Source: an uncultured archaeon (GTDB lineage: Archaea; Iainarchaeota; Iainarchaeia; JAADDC01). From it: DNA of 64,000 nucleotides. A program made the translations under genes and the position numbers. The number at the start of each line of letters is the position of its first letter. The first letter of the stretch is position 1. Shown here piece by piece: positions 17,693 to 27,576 of this stretch. The notes below the pieces were generated by a model. That model saw only the letters and a program-made list of their open reading frames with translations. It was not told where the DNA came from and searched no databases. Where the stretch lies: assembly GCA_964486025.1 (NCBI GenBank), contig CAZAKL010000002.1, positions 2,312 to 66,311 on the forward strand. The letters are read 5' to 3'.

Positions 17693-18562
17693 GTGGAGTC
17701 CTTTTACGCCGTGTACCCGTTTCTCCCTTCTGCTGCAAGGAGGGCGGAACGTCTTGGTATAGACCCCACTGCCCTCGACGACGCTACCCTCTCGTCTGCG
17801 TCCGACCGTTTCCGACAGATTCTCCTGAAGCACTTTGACCTTCCCGTCTTAGATGAGCGGACGGAGCTTCTGCACTTCATTCTTTTCCGCATGTTTGCGT
17901 CAGCGTTGGGGAGCGACTACTATTATGAGCTGCTCGGGAAGTTCTATGCGGAGAGGGCGCGGCGTTACGACCCCGTGGAATTCTTTGTGGAGCTGGGAAT
18001 AGACCCCTCTGCGATTCCGCTTCCTGAGTATATGAAATACAGCCACATCTACCCGGAAACGAAGCTCTACTACGTTGATGTTGAAAGGGGTATTGTGCAT
18101 CTTGACGACGAGCGTGCACGGCTGTTCGCCGGCGATATCGCGTATACATTGTCCATACGGGGGCTCCCCCTCGACCCGTCGAAGATACCGAAGGCGTACG
18201 TGGACTATGCACGGCGGGCAGTGCCTGTTCGCCGTTCATCTTCTCCAAAGACAGCGAAGGGCTACTCGTTCATAGAGTCCATCCTTTCCACCTCTGGCAT
18301 TCCTGACGGAAGGAAACGCATCATTTTCTACTGGTTAGCGCCGTATCTCGTAAACATAAAGGGTCTGACACCTGAAGAGGCAGTCTCCGTCCTTAACGAG
18401 TGGCTCTCTCGGCAGGGAGGTGGCAAAATACCTCCATCGTGGGTGAAGGATGAAGCGCTCCTTGCGAAGAGGAAGGGTATACGGCCGTGGGGCCTGAAGA
18501 AGGTGGAATCCACCGACCCGGGTCTCGTCAAGATGCTCCGTGGCATGGGGGTGCTTGAATGA
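17693..18562 (+). CDS. cysteine-free helical protein co-translated with PriS (PriL-NTD/PriX-like candidate)
   Basis: 289 aa, GTG start, stop overlaps the priS ATG (ATGA). The motif DGRKRIIFYWLAPYLVNIKGLTPEEAVSVLNEWL resembles PriCT/PriX-type helical modules. No Cys, so no Fe-S ligands. Confidence 0.5.
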   Translation: MESFYAVYPFLPSAARRAERLGIDPTALDDATLSSASDRFRQILLKHFDLPVLDERTELLHFILFRMFASALGSDYYYELLGKFYAERARRYDPVEFFVELGIDPSAIPLPEYMKYSHIYPETKLYYVDVERGIVHLDDERARLFAGDIAYTLSIRGLPLDPSKIPKAYVDYARRAVPVRRSSSPKTAKGYSFIESILSTSGIPDGRKRIIFYWLAPYLVNIKGLTPEEAVSVLNEWLSRQGGGKIPPSWVKDEALLAKRKGIRPWGLKKVESTDPGLVKMLRGMGVLE

Positions 18563-19809
18563 GTGAGCAAATCGCGAGGATACTCAGGGACGCGTTTCGC
18601 CGATATTACAGGTCTCACGACGTTCCGCCGCCCCCGGCTCTGGAGCAGAGGGAGTTTGGCGTCGGTGACTATGGCAGGAAGATTGTGAGGCGGCACATGG
18701 CCTTTGTATCGCGTCGCGAGTTCCGTAACTACCTCAGAGAGGAGGCCCCCCTCTACATTTCGTACTCCGTGGGATACTTTGAGCGCCCCGATGCCACGCC
18801 CATGGAGGCGAAGGGCCTTCTCGGTGCGGATATGATATTCGAGTTCGATGCGGACGAGCTCGGGCTGTTCTCACCAAACGATGTATGGGTCTGCCCCCAC
18901 TGCGGTGCAAAGGGCCTCGTCTCCGAGCTTAGGGGATTCAAAGTGGGGATATGCCCCAAGTGTGGCGACCCTGCAAAGGTTATCATGTTTCCCGACCCTG
19001 AGAGGGAAGAGAAACTGAAGGAAGAGGTCGATACCCTTGTAAAGGATTTCCTAATGAACGATTTCGGCATATCTTCCAAGGAGATATCTATAAACTTCTC
19101 GGGGAACAGGGGATACCATATACATGTCCGCTCCCCTGCGCTGCGAGAGCTGGACAAGGAAGCGCGCATAGAGATTGTCGAGTACGTCACGGGCCAGAAC
19201 ATAGACGTTCGCTACTTCTTCGATGTGTCTAGGGTTCCCCCGCGGGGTCCAAAGCCCACGGACCCCGCATGGAAGGGCAGAATTGCCCGGAACATCATAG
19301 AGATTATTTCGAGGGTGAGCGACGCGTCCGAGCTTGTGCGCATGGGCGTACATCCCGGTGTCGCACGCAGGATTGCACGTGACAGGGGGCAAATCGTCGA
19401 GATGATAGAGAACGGGGTGTGGCCATTCATCGATACGAAGGGTGATGACGCCTTTGCCTCCCTCTCCGCCCTTGTGAAGACGCTGTCGCCATTCATGGGC
19501 AAGGAAATAGATACGAATACGTCTGTGGATATTCACCGCCTCATACGTGTTCCCGACTCTATACACGGAAGCACAGGGCTTCTTGCCAAGAGTATAACTA
19601 ATCTGAAGGCCTTCGACCCGTATAGAGACGCGGTGGCGCTTCCCGAGCGCCCGTACCTGTCTCTGCACGTGGACTATGCACCCGAATTCGAGTTTGCCGG
19701 CGAGACCTGGGGACCGTTTCAGGATATAAATGTGGAGTTACCTCTTCATGTTAGTATATTCCTTTTGAGCAAGGGGGTCGCGCATTGGAGATTAACTACT
19801 CGAGGTTGA
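18559..19809 (+). CDS. priS: DNA primase small (catalytic) subunit PriS
   Basis: AEP motifs FEFDADE, SGNRGYHIHV and IDTNTSVDIHRLIRVPDSIHGSTG. Zinc knuckle CPHC...CPKC. 416 aa. Confidence 0.9.
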   Translation: MSEQIARILRDAFRRYYRSHDVPPPPALEQREFGVGDYGRKIVRRHMAFVSRREFRNYLREEAPLYISYSVGYFERPDATPMEAKGLLGADMIFEFDADELGLFSPNDVWVCPHCGAKGLVSELRGFKVGICPKCGDPAKVIMFPDPEREEKLKEEVDTLVKDFLMNDFGISSKEISINFSGNRGYHIHVRSPALRELDKEARIEIVEYVTGQNIDVRYFFDVSRVPPRGPKPTDPAWKGRIARNIIEIISRVSDASELVRMGVHPGVARRIARDRGQIVEMIENGVWPFIDTKGDDAFASLSALVKTLSPFMGKEIDTNTSVDIHRLIRVPDSIHGSTGLLAKSITNLKAFDPYRDAVALPERPYLSLHVDYAPEFEFAGETWGPFQDINVELPLHVSIFLLSKGVAHWRLTTRG

Positions 19810-20402
19810 GGAACCTTTACCGGCTGGAGAAGCAATCTCATACGCGTCTAACGCGCGTGGAACCCGATTTCTACAGCCTTCTGAAGAAGTATATAGACGA
19901 GGAGAAGAAGGAAGTGGAGCGTGCCTGGCGTGAGCAGGATATACAGCGTCTCGTGCTCTTCGCGAACCTTGTCAAGCTCGTGAACGACATCATATCAATC
20001 CGCCAGCGCAAAATCGTAACGCTCGCCCTTGCCAGCATGTTTGACGAGGCATGGGAGCCGGAGAACATCGTGGGCTGGGAGAAGGACCTTTACCGGGACG
20101 TTGTCGAGACAGTTCGGCGTTACAGGGAGCGGGCCCTTGTGGACGTCGGGCTGAAGGAGGGTGCAGAGCCGCCCGTGGAGAAGGTGACAGAGAGCAGGCA
20201 GTTAGAAGAGAAGCGTTTAAAGACCGTTCGGGTTAAAATCTTAAAAGCGGTCCCGGAGTTTGTAGGTACGGACTTCAAAACATACGGTCCGTACGCTGCA
20301 GGGGAGACCGCGGAGCTGCCAGAAGAGATTGCTAACATCCTGCTGGTCAGGAACTTCGCAGAGGTGATTCAAGATGAAGAGGATTCCAATGCCGAGGTCT
20401 AG
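19785..20402 (+). CDS. gins15: GINS subunit Gins15 (Gins51)
   Basis: N-terminal A-domain pattern ([19 protein letters not shown]) plus the conserved gene position immediately downstream of priS. Confidence 0.7.
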   Translation: MEINYSRLRNLYRLEKQSHTRLTRVEPDFYSLLKKYIDEEKKEVERAWREQDIQRLVLFANLVKLVNDIISIRQRKIVTLALASMFDEAWEPENIVGWEKDLYRDVVETVRRYRERALVDVGLKEGAEPPVEKVTESRQLEEKRLKTVRVKILKAVPEFVGTDFKTYGPYAAGETAELPEEIANILLVRNFAEVIQDEEDSNAEV

Positions 20403-20559
20403 GTTCCTCGTGGTTAAGTGCCCCAACTGCGGGAACGAGCAGATTGTTTTCAACAAGGCTGCCATGCATGTAAAGTGCCTCACCTGTGGCGAAACGATTG
20501 CGATTCCCACGGGTGGTAAGGCAAAAATACTAGGAAAAGTGGTGGAGACGTTAACATGA
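20374..20559 (+). CDS. rps27e: ribosomal protein S27e
   Basis: C4 zinc ribbon: [13 protein letters not shown]...CLTCG. Confidence 0.85.
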   Translation: MKRIPMPRSRFLVVKCPNCGNEQIVFNKAAMHVKCLTCGETIAIPTGGKAKILGKVVETLT

Positions 20560-21344
20560 GCGCGGAAGGACCCAACGCCGGGGATTACGTCATAGTAGTC
20601 ATAAAGGACATTGTGCCCTACGGGGTGTTCGTTGAGCTCCCAGAGTACCCCGGGTACCGCGGATTCATCCACATATCGGAGATTTCCAACTCATGGGTTA
20701 AGAACATCCGCCACCACGTCAAGGAGGGCCAGATGCGAGTAGCAAAGGTTCTCAACGTTTCCCACCATAAGAAGATGTGTGATTTATCCCTCAAGCGTGT
20801 TTCCGGCGCCATTGAGAAGAGAAAGCTCGATGAGCTTCGCAGGAAGAAGAGGGGCCGTGGTTTGCTTCGTGCGGCGGCGAAGATGGCTGCGCGCCCCGAG
20901 TCTGAAATTCCAGATATAGAAAAGAAGCTTGCAGACGTCTTCGGGGATGCCCTGACCGCCTTTGAGGAGGTCGTTTTCACGGGCAAGCATGTTCTGGACG
21001 ACGTTGACCTCCCTGCTGACTGGAAGGCTGCAATTATCGCTGTTGCCCAGAAGAGCATTGAGATACCGAGGAAGACGGTGCGGGCGAACGTGAACATCCG
21101 TGTTCCCGGTCCGTTCGGTGCAAGAATCATCAGGGAAGCACTTCTCCGTGCGAAGGAGAGGATTCTTGGCCAGGAGCATGCAGAGGCAAAGATATACTAC
21201 GTTGGCGCCCCCACCTACGCAATAGAGGTTACTACGACGGACTATAAGAGTGCGGAGAAGCTTCTCGCGTCTGTCTGCGAAGATTTGCAAGAGTTTGTCC
21301 GGAAGCACGGTGGCGAGGCATCTTGGGAGCGTGTTGAGGCATGA
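20556..21344 (+). CDS. eif2a: translation initiation factor aIF2 alpha subunit
   Basis: N-terminal S1 domain plus a helical and alpha/beta C-domain. Sits in the conserved S27e-aIF2a-Nop10 order. Confidence 0.9.
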   Translation: MSAEGPNAGDYVIVVIKDIVPYGVFVELPEYPGYRGFIHISEISNSWVKNIRHHVKEGQMRVAKVLNVSHHKKMCDLSLKRVSGAIEKRKLDELRRKKRGRGLLRAAAKMAARPESEIPDIEKKLADVFGDALTAFEEVVFTGKHVLDDVDLPADWKAAIIAVAQKSIEIPRKTVRANVNIRVPGPFGARIIREALLRAKERILGQEHAEAKIYYVGAPTYAIEVTTTDYKSAEKLLASVCEDLQEFVRKHGGEASWERVEA

Positions 21345-21508
21345 GACTGCGTCTGCGCAAATGCCCCAAGTGTGGAAGGTATACCCTCAAAGATGTATGC
21401 CCTGTGTGCGGGGAAAGAACAGTTTCTGCCCATCCTCCCCGTTTTTCCCCAGAGGACAGATGGGGCGAGTACCGTCGAAGGGCAAAGCTCCAGTGGGGCC
21501 TGATTTAA
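21341..21508 (+). CDS. nop10: H/ACA RNP protein Nop10
   Basis: 55 aa, [26 protein letters not shown]. Start overlaps the eif2a stop (ATGA). Below the ORF-track size cutoff. Confidence 0.8.
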   Translation: MRLRLRKCPKCGRYTLKDVCPVCGERTVSAHPPRFSPEDRWGEYRRRAKLQWGLI

Positions 21509-21533
21509 ACGAACAAGTATCCTCTATTTCTGT

Positions 21534-22283
21534 ATGCGTGCAATCTTCCACGACGAGGAAAAAAGGGCGAGGTATCTCGTAACTGGCCTGCCGGGAATAG
21601 GCAGGGTTGGCCACGTCGCCGCCGCCTACATCATTAACAAGGCAAATCCGGTGCTCGTTGCAGATATATTCTCTGAGTACTTCCCTCAGCAGGTCGTTAT
21701 AGAGGAGAACGGCGTTCTCCGACTCATTAGGAATCAATTATACTATGTGGATGCGAAAGACCCCTTCTTTCTTCTGACAGGTGATTCGCAGCCCGTTGGC
21801 TCATCCCCTGCCGAGTTCTACGAGTACGCCGCCGAGATTTTGAACCTTGCAAGGCAGCTGGGCGTCGAGGAGATATATACGCTTGCAGGCATAGACCGCG
21901 GTGCCCAGCGGCTGAGCGAGAAGCCCGGGGTTGTCGTTGCGGGTACTGATGAGGAGATTGTCAAGCGTTTCGTCGAGCTGGGCGCGAAGGTGGACAAGGG
22001 AGGAGCAATCACGGGGCTGGCAGGTATGCTTCTTGGCCTCGGCAAGCTGGAGGGATTCCGCGGCGCCTGTCTCATGGGCGAGACATCCGCGCAACTCACG
22101 ATGCACGGAGACCCAGGAGCTGCCCTTGCAGTAACGAGGATGATTCTTTCGTATCTGGGGAACGAATTAGACCTTTCGGATTTGGAGAACGCGGCGCAGG
22201 GCTTTGAGGCGCTCCTGCAGAAGATGCTCGCTCCTCCAAAGGAAGAGCCCAAGCCTCCCGAGCCCACGGACTACATACGTTAA
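21534..22283 (+). CDS. PAC2-family (proteasome assembly chaperone-like, COG1938) protein
   Basis: GLPGIGRVG N-terminal motif. Conserved archaeal neighbour of nop10. Confidence 0.7.
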   Translation: MRAIFHDEEKRARYLVTGLPGIGRVGHVAAAYIINKANPVLVADIFSEYFPQQVVIEENGVLRLIRNQLYYVDAKDPFFLLTGDSQPVGSSPAEFYEYAAEILNLARQLGVEEIYTLAGIDRGAQRLSEKPGVVVAGTDEEIVKRFVELGAKVDKGGAITGLAGMLLGLGKLEGFRGACLMGETSAQLTMHGDPGAALAVTRMILSYLGNELDLSDLENAAQGFEALLQKMLAPPKEEPKPPEPTDYIR

Positions 22284-22307
22284 ACCCTTTTTCTTCCATT
22301 TTCTCCC

Positions 22308-22781
22308 ATGGCGTTCCAGCAACCGAAGATATATACTCTTGTTTACGTAATTCGAGATGAAAAAATCCTCCTTATACGCAAGAAAAGGGGTTTTGGGGAG
22401 GGATACTTTAACGGCGCTGGCGGAAAGGTCCACGACGACGAAACGCTTGAGGAGGCGGCGGTCCGCGAGTTCAGGGAGGAACTCTGTGCCGCTCCGGGTC
22501 CGCTCGAGTGGCGCGGCGCACTGGAATTCTACAACAACGACCGCCTGGAGATGGTAGTCCACGTCTTTGTCACGGATTCCTACGAGGGCGAGCTCTGTGA
22601 GAGCGACGAGGCGGAGCCCCATTGGTTCGATTTGGATGGCATCCCCTACGATAATATGTGGGCGGATGACCGGCACTGGTTCCCCCTTCTCCTGGCTGGT
22701 GAGCTGTTCTACGGGCGTTTCTGGTTCAGGAACTGGGAAAAGGTAGAGAACTACTGCGTATATAAACTGCGAAGAACATAA
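22308..22781 (+). CDS. NUDIX hydrolase (MutT-like)
   Basis: Nudix box GGKVHDDETLEEAAVREFREE. Confidence 0.85.
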   Translation: MAFQQPKIYTLVYVIRDEKILLIRKKRGFGEGYFNGAGGKVHDDETLEEAAVREFREELCAAPGPLEWRGALEFYNNDRLEMVVHVFVTDSYEGELCESDEAEPHWFDLDGIPYDNMWADDRHWFPLLLAGELFYGRFWFRNWEKVENYCVYKLRRT

Positions 22782-22787
22782 TTAATT

Positions 22788-25625
22788 GTGGGGCGGGGGC
22801 TGGCGGTCAGTCTGGCGCAGCTTCTTCTTTTTGGTGCAGCCATTATATACCTTTATTCCTGCCATCTTGGAAATCTCGTCACCTTTGACGTGCCGCCATG
22901 CTCTTCCGTCTCTTCATGCACGAAGGCCACCGGTGTTATGGATACGGCTCCTTGGTACGCAAACCTTGTCGGTCGTTCTTGGTACTACTCTAACCGCGCC
23001 CTGAAGCTCTACGATGCTGCCAAGGACATATGTGAGGGCGAGTTTAACGTCAGCGCGGTCCCCGAGCTCGTTTCCTCTGCAACTTCCAAGACTGCACCCG
23101 ATGCGGCGAATGCCCTCCACTACGCCAACGAGTCTGTTTCCAAACTCGTGGGCAAAGCGGGGGCGATAGCTGACGAGATGTATCGCGGTGGCGTAACGTA
23201 CGTTCCCTATGCGGACCTTCGCTCTGTGTACTCGACCGCCGTCGACGCTGTGCGTGCCTACGAGGGCAATACGCCTTCTACTGCTCTTGGCGTGGCGATT
23301 TCCCGGTACAAGGATACGCATCCTGCGATTCGCACAGTCTTTACCGCGGCAGGTGTGGAGGTTCCCCGTGTTCTGGTATATGTGGGGAAATTTGGCAGGG
23401 TTATCGCCCCCAATCTCTCCCGGGAGATACTTGCAGGAGTGTCTACAGTGTTTCAGGGAATATTCAGTAAGCTGGACCCAGGGGATGTCGTGAATTCCGC
23501 CGTGGGCACGCGCGATTCGGTGTATTCAGAGGCTGTTCGCTTTTTAGATGAGTATTATGCTGTCGTGAACGGGTATGACAGGTCTGCGCAGGGCATTCTT
23601 GAAGATGCGCGAAGGACGTACGATGCTGTCGTAAAACTGTCCTCCGATGTTGAGTATCGTTCATCGCAGCTATCCCCCGAAATGCTTTCCTTTTTCTCAT
23701 CTGACCGTGGCCTCGAAGTTTCTGTTGCGGATGAGCCGTCTTCCCTGCCCGCTGATGCCCGCATACGTGCGGCAAAACTGAAGAAATTCATAGAGGGGAA
23801 CGTTTATGCGTACATTCGCAGGGAGAACAACTACCTAGTTGCGTACTGGCGTGCGGAAAGAGCTTTCAAAGAATTGGCGAAGGTAAAGGGCGACCTCGAG
23901 CGGTACTCGAATGAAATCTCAGCCCTTGCTGAGTCCTGCTACAAAACCGTGTCGAAATACCGTCCCCGTTCCGGATACTTGAAATCCGTTCTCCCCGGCT
24001 ACGCTGCAGCGCTGAAGGAAAACCCTGATTTTTCCCTCTGTGTTCAGGCACTTCAGTTGATGGCCCTCGATGCAAACTATGCGCGCGACGAGGCAATCCT
24101 TGCTTCCTGCGAGTCCGCCGTTTCCTGTGGCTCTGTGCTTCCCGAGGACTATCCCTGCGTTGGTGGCGAAATTGGGGACCGTATCGACTGCTGTCTCCGT
24201 TACCGTGAGAGAAAGCACTCGGAAATACTTTCATCCGAGCTTTATTCTCAGTATTTGCAGCTGAGGAGGTCTGTGGAAGCGTTGTTATCAATATACGACG
24301 ACCCATCTCTCCGCTCGGAGCATCTTGCCAACCCGGTAGACTTTATCTGCGATTCAGACCTTGCAAAGGCCATTTCCCGGGAAACCAAAATTTATCTGAA
24401 ACTGCGCAAGGCTGCAGAGGGCATGGTAAAGCCGGAGGTCCTTGTTGACGGATATCTTAACGCTAAAACGGTTTCCTCTGTAAGGGTTCGTTTTCTCCTG
24501 GACGCCGGCGGTGCTGACCTCCTTGTGAATTACGACCTGCCCTTCCAGGTGCTTGCGTATCGCGTCGTCGAGTCTAACGGGCTGTGGATATCAATATCTG
24601 CCAATGGAAGGACGGCAAGTCTGAGGGGAAGCGGCTCTGTTCTCATCGATGCAGAAGTTATGCCCGTGGAGCTTGAGGTTGAAGAGTGGGGCGCATCCAT
24701 GGGTCACAAGTACCTAAGGGTCAGGAACAGACTTCCCATCCCTGTCAAGTATCCATTTAGCGGGGATGTTGTTTCCGCGAGCGATAATGTTTCGTACGAC
24801 GGGAAATACGTGTATTTTGATGGTGTGGGGGAAGTGCTCCTTGCAGTGCCCGCCGTGGAGGTGAACTATGTCATTCATGGTGATACTGCCACAGTCTCTA
24901 TTCGCAACGCTTCCGAGTACGAGTATAAGGGAGAAGTGGTTATCCCGTTATCTGGAAGGAAGCTTCCACGTGGTTGCAAGCCTCTCGGGGACGTTAGTGT
25001 TTGCTCTGTCAACTTAGACCCTTTCTCTGAGGACGTGATTGAGATTGAGGGGGTGTCTTCGGATTTAAACTTTGCCTTTGAGGAATCTGTAAGTTCATTT
25101 TCCACCGTAAGCGAATTTGGCAGTTCAAAACTCTACGAAACTGCTGTTTTGTCCGACACGTCGGGGACAGTTAATGACATGCGCGATAAGATATTTCGGC
25201 GGCTTGAAGAACTGCAGAAACTGTTTGAGCGGGCGGAGGAGCTCAATGTGGTGAACCTTCTTCCGTATTCTTCTGAATTCCTTGACAGTATGAACTCGAG
25301 GATATCGGAGACGAACGACTCCGTCGTTTTGGCGGTGTACGAGTCCGTCCTTAACAGTATTTATAACGACGTTGTCTCACGCGCCCGTGCACTTGTGTTC
25401 TCCGTGCCGCCGGATACGGATGTGCGTGCCCTTGCAGAGCGTGCCCTGAATTCCGGTGACTATATGTTGGCCATGGCACTTGCAGCCTCTTACCATCCCA
25501 AGCGGGCTCCCGGCACATCTGTTCCCTACGCATCGCTGGCTCTTGGCGTCCTGTCGCTCGGCCTTCTCGTTTATTACCTGCGCACACAGAAACCGAAAAA
25601 GCGCCGCCGGATTCCAAAAATATAA
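22788..25625 (+). CDS. large surface/envelope protein (945 aa), hypothetical
   Basis: N-terminal signal-anchor, long Ser/Ala/Val/Tyr-rich ectodomain with several Cys pairs, C-terminal TM followed by a basic tail (KPKKRRRIPKI). TATA box at about 22760, GTG start. Confidence 0.6.
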   Translation: MGRGLAVSLAQLLLFGAAIIYLYSCHLGNLVTFDVPPCSSVSSCTKATGVMDTAPWYANLVGRSWYYSNRALKLYDAAKDICEGEFNVSAVPELVSSATSKTAPDAANALHYANESVSKLVGKAGAIADEMYRGGVTYVPYADLRSVYSTAVDAVRAYEGNTPSTALGVAISRYKDTHPAIRTVFTAAGVEVPRVLVYVGKFGRVIAPNLSREILAGVSTVFQGIFSKLDPGDVVNSAVGTRDSVYSEAVRFLDEYYAVVNGYDRSAQGILEDARRTYDAVVKLSSDVEYRSSQLSPEMLSFFSSDRGLEVSVADEPSSLPADARIRAAKLKKFIEGNVYAYIRRENNYLVAYWRAERAFKELAKVKGDLERYSNEISALAESCYKTVSKYRPRSGYLKSVLPGYAAALKENPDFSLCVQALQLMALDANYARDEAILASCESAVSCGSVLPEDYPCVGGEIGDRIDCCLRYRERKHSEILSSELYSQYLQLRRSVEALLSIYDDPSLRSEHLANPVDFICDSDLAKAISRETKIYLKLRKAAEGMVKPEVLVDGYLNAKTVSSVRVRFLLDAGGADLLVNYDLPFQVLAYRVVESNGLWISISANGRTASLRGSGSVLIDAEVMPVELEVEEWGASMGHKYLRVRNRLPIPVKYPFSGDVVSASDNVSYDGKYVYFDGVGEVLLAVPAVEVNYVIHGDTATVSIRNASEYEYKGEVVIPLSGRKLPRGCKPLGDVSVCSVNLDPFSEDVIEIEGVSSDLNFAFEESVSSFSTVSEFGSSKLYETAVLSDTSGTVNDMRDKIFRRLEELQKLFERAEELNVVNLLPYSSEFLDSMNSRISETNDSVVLAVYESVLNSIYNDVVSRARALVFSVPPDTDVRALAERALNSGDYMLAMALAASYHPKRAPGTSVPYASLALGVLSLGLLVYYLRTQKPKKRRRIPKI

Positions 25626-25643
25626 GAATGGGGGAAACAACCC

Positions 25644-25856
25644 TCAACCGAGGAGCTGCTTTGCAGCGAGCTTGACGTCCTCTGCCTGCACACCCTTCCT
25701 GCCGGAGTGGTGCGCAATCTCGACTGCGAGGCCTGCAACCTCAAGGGCGACTTCCTCGAGGATTTCGCGAAGGGCCTCCTTAGCCTCTGCAGAGACGCGC
25801 TGAGCGCCCGCTTTCCTCATAATTCTCTCAATCTGTGCAAGCTTCAACTCTGCCAT
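25644..25856 (-). CDS. archaeal histone (HMf-type histone fold)
   Basis: MAELKLAQIERIMRKAGAQRVS...LAVEIAHHSGRKGVQAEDVKLAAKQL over about 70 aa. Internal ATG preferred over the upstream TTG. Confidence 0.85.
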   Translation of the reverse strand: MAELKLAQIERIMRKAGAQRVSAEAKEALREILEEVALEVAGLAVEIAHHSGRKGVQAEDVKLAAKQLLG

Positions 25857-25886
25857 CGGGATCCACCTCCTTTTTGGTCGCAAATA

Positions 25887-26846
25887 TTACGCTTTACTGG
25901 TTTTTAATCTTTTCTCTGATACCGTGATGCCAATAATTCCCAGCAGCGTCAAAATCAGCGCATAATAGACGGGCTCGTCTCCAATTTCCTTGAACGGTAC
26001 TTTTTGTATTTTTACGGCGATTACGCAATTTTGCACTTGGCTTGCCCCCTTGCTCTCCAACAAATGGCTATCTCTCGGCAACAGTTCTTTGCCCATACTC
26101 TCTGTTGGCAGGTATCCAATGTTAAATGCTTCGATTTTGCCATCTCTTGATATACATGCAAGTGGCACGTTTTTCTCTGCTCTGAACGTTGTGCTGTCTG
26201 TACATGCAATGCTCTGTCCGTACTTGTCGGAATATTCGAAACAGAGCTTTGGGAAGAGCACTTTTGTATCTTCCTTTGCCGTGAGCATGGTTATGTTATA
26301 TTCGACGGTTTTACCTGCCGGCACCCGGAGCTTCTTCAGCGGGTCGCGGGGCGCGGCATTGTAGGGGTTTTTCAGGATAAGAATTCCTTCGGCGTCTGCT
26401 GTTCCGGCGTTCCTGAGCGTAATCTGCACCGTTGTGTACCCCCCCACCTTCCACACATCGGGGGATATGCGGTTGAGCTCTATGACTGGGACGCGGTCGC
26501 AGGCGATGAACGAGCCCCCGTCGATTTCTGCCCTTTCATCTCCCTCCAGTTTCGACAGCGTTATTTTCAGTAATCCCTCTCTGTTCAGCAGGACACGGTA
26601 CCGTCCCGGACGCTTCGTTTTGAGGACGATTTCATTGTTATCTATCACCACGAGCTGTCCAGAAACCAGTTTAACGGAGAAGAAAGGGGTGCAGTTGCCT
26701 TCAAACTGGTATGGTATTTCCCACGTCCCGCTTTTCTTTACTGGGCCGACAACCGCATCGATGCCCATGTCTGCAAGTGTCTGCACCTCTGCATTTGCGA
26801 GACCGATTAGAAGGAGCATGAGGAGCAGGGTGGTTGTGGAACGCAT
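25887..26846 (-). CDS. secreted/membrane-anchored protein with CARDB-like beta domain, hypothetical
   Basis: Signal peptide MRSTTTLLLMLLLIGLANA. C-terminal TM plus a basic tail. Confidence 0.55.
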   Translation of the reverse strand: MRSTTTLLLMLLLIGLANAEVQTLADMGIDAVVGPVKKSGTWEIPYQFEGNCTPFFSVKLVSGQLVVIDNNEIVLKTKRPGRYRVLLNREGLLKITLSKLEGDERAEIDGGSFIACDRVPVIELNRISPDVWKVGGYTTVQITLRNAGTADAEGILILKNPYNAAPRDPLKKLRVPAGKTVEYNITMLTAKEDTKVLFPKLCFEYSDKYGQSIACTDSTTFRAEKNVPLACISRDGKIEAFNIGYLPTESMGKELLPRDSHLLESKGASQVQNCVIAVKIQKVPFKEIGDEPVYYALILTLLGIIGITVSEKRLKTSKA

Positions 26847-26862
26847 GAAAGAATATGGGGTT

Positions 26863-27375
26863 TCACTCTATATATCCCTTTCTGAGCCAGTCTTCGAGGA
26901 TTGGGGACCAGTCCACGTGGTCATATATGTCGATACCCCTCTCCAACGCTTTAATAATTCTCTGGGCGGTTTCTTCGGGTGTCTTTCCCGTGGTATCTAC
27001 CTGCCACACGTCATCATATCTCTCTTCTGCCTTCGTCAGGCAGTAGTCAACGAACTCGGCCATGAGATTCTCCCTTACCTTCTTCTCGGGGTAGTTTCTC
27101 GACTCGAGACGCTTCCTTAGCTCGTCTGGGTGTGTTCTGAGCACGATGACGAGGTCTACAGGTATCTTTACCTCGCAGAAAAGATGTCCCTCCAGTATGA
27201 CATCTTCCATGTCCTTTGTTGCCCACATGGCCTTCAGGCGAAGCTTTCTCGTGTCCACGTACTCTTCCTTAACGAGGTCCTTCACGGTTATGACGGGATA
27301 ATTGAGCTTTTCGGACAGTATTTTTGCAACGCTCGTCTTTCCCGTGCCTGGAACACCCGTCAGTATTATTCTCAT
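26863..27375 (-). CDS. adenylate-kinase-like NTPase (Fap7/AK6 homolog)
   Basis: P-loop MRIILTGVPGTGKTS. 170 aa. COG1936-type. Confidence 0.8.
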   Translation of the reverse strand: MRIILTGVPGTGKTSVAKILSEKLNYPVITVKDLVKEEYVDTRKLRLKAMWATKDMEDVILEGHLFCEVKIPVDLVIVLRTHPDELRKRLESRNYPEKKVRENLMAEFVDYCLTKAEERYDDVWQVDTTGKTPEETAQRIIKALERGIDIYDHVDWSPILEDWLRKGYIE

Positions 27376-27572
27376 CGGAACTCCCAGCCCGTCTTTTTCT
27401 CTTTTTTCCCGTAACGCCTCCTCGCCAGGATGTATCCGATACCCATGGTTAGTATGCCGAGGCCAATGAGTACGGTGCCCTTCTTAACGGGGTCCGCGGG
27501 GTAATTGGAGGCAACGAGGTATGCCCCGTAAAGAAAGAAGAGGTATCCCGTGGTTGCGAGGAGCTGGTCCAT
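27372..27572 (-). CDS. small membrane protein (66 aa)
   Basis: Two TM segments. Stop overlaps the Fap7 start (ATGA). Lies between fttA and fap7 in the same orientation. Confidence 0.45.
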   Translation of the reverse strand: MDQLLATTGYLFFLYGAYLVASNYPADPVKKGTVLIGLGILTMGIGYILARRRYGKKEKKTGWEFR

Positions 27573-27576
27573 TTCC

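Noticed and set aside
21801-22676. Minus-strand ORFs of 101-169 aa overlapping the PAC2 and NUDIX genes
   Set aside because: They are antisense to recognisable plus-strand genes and have low-complexity compositions.
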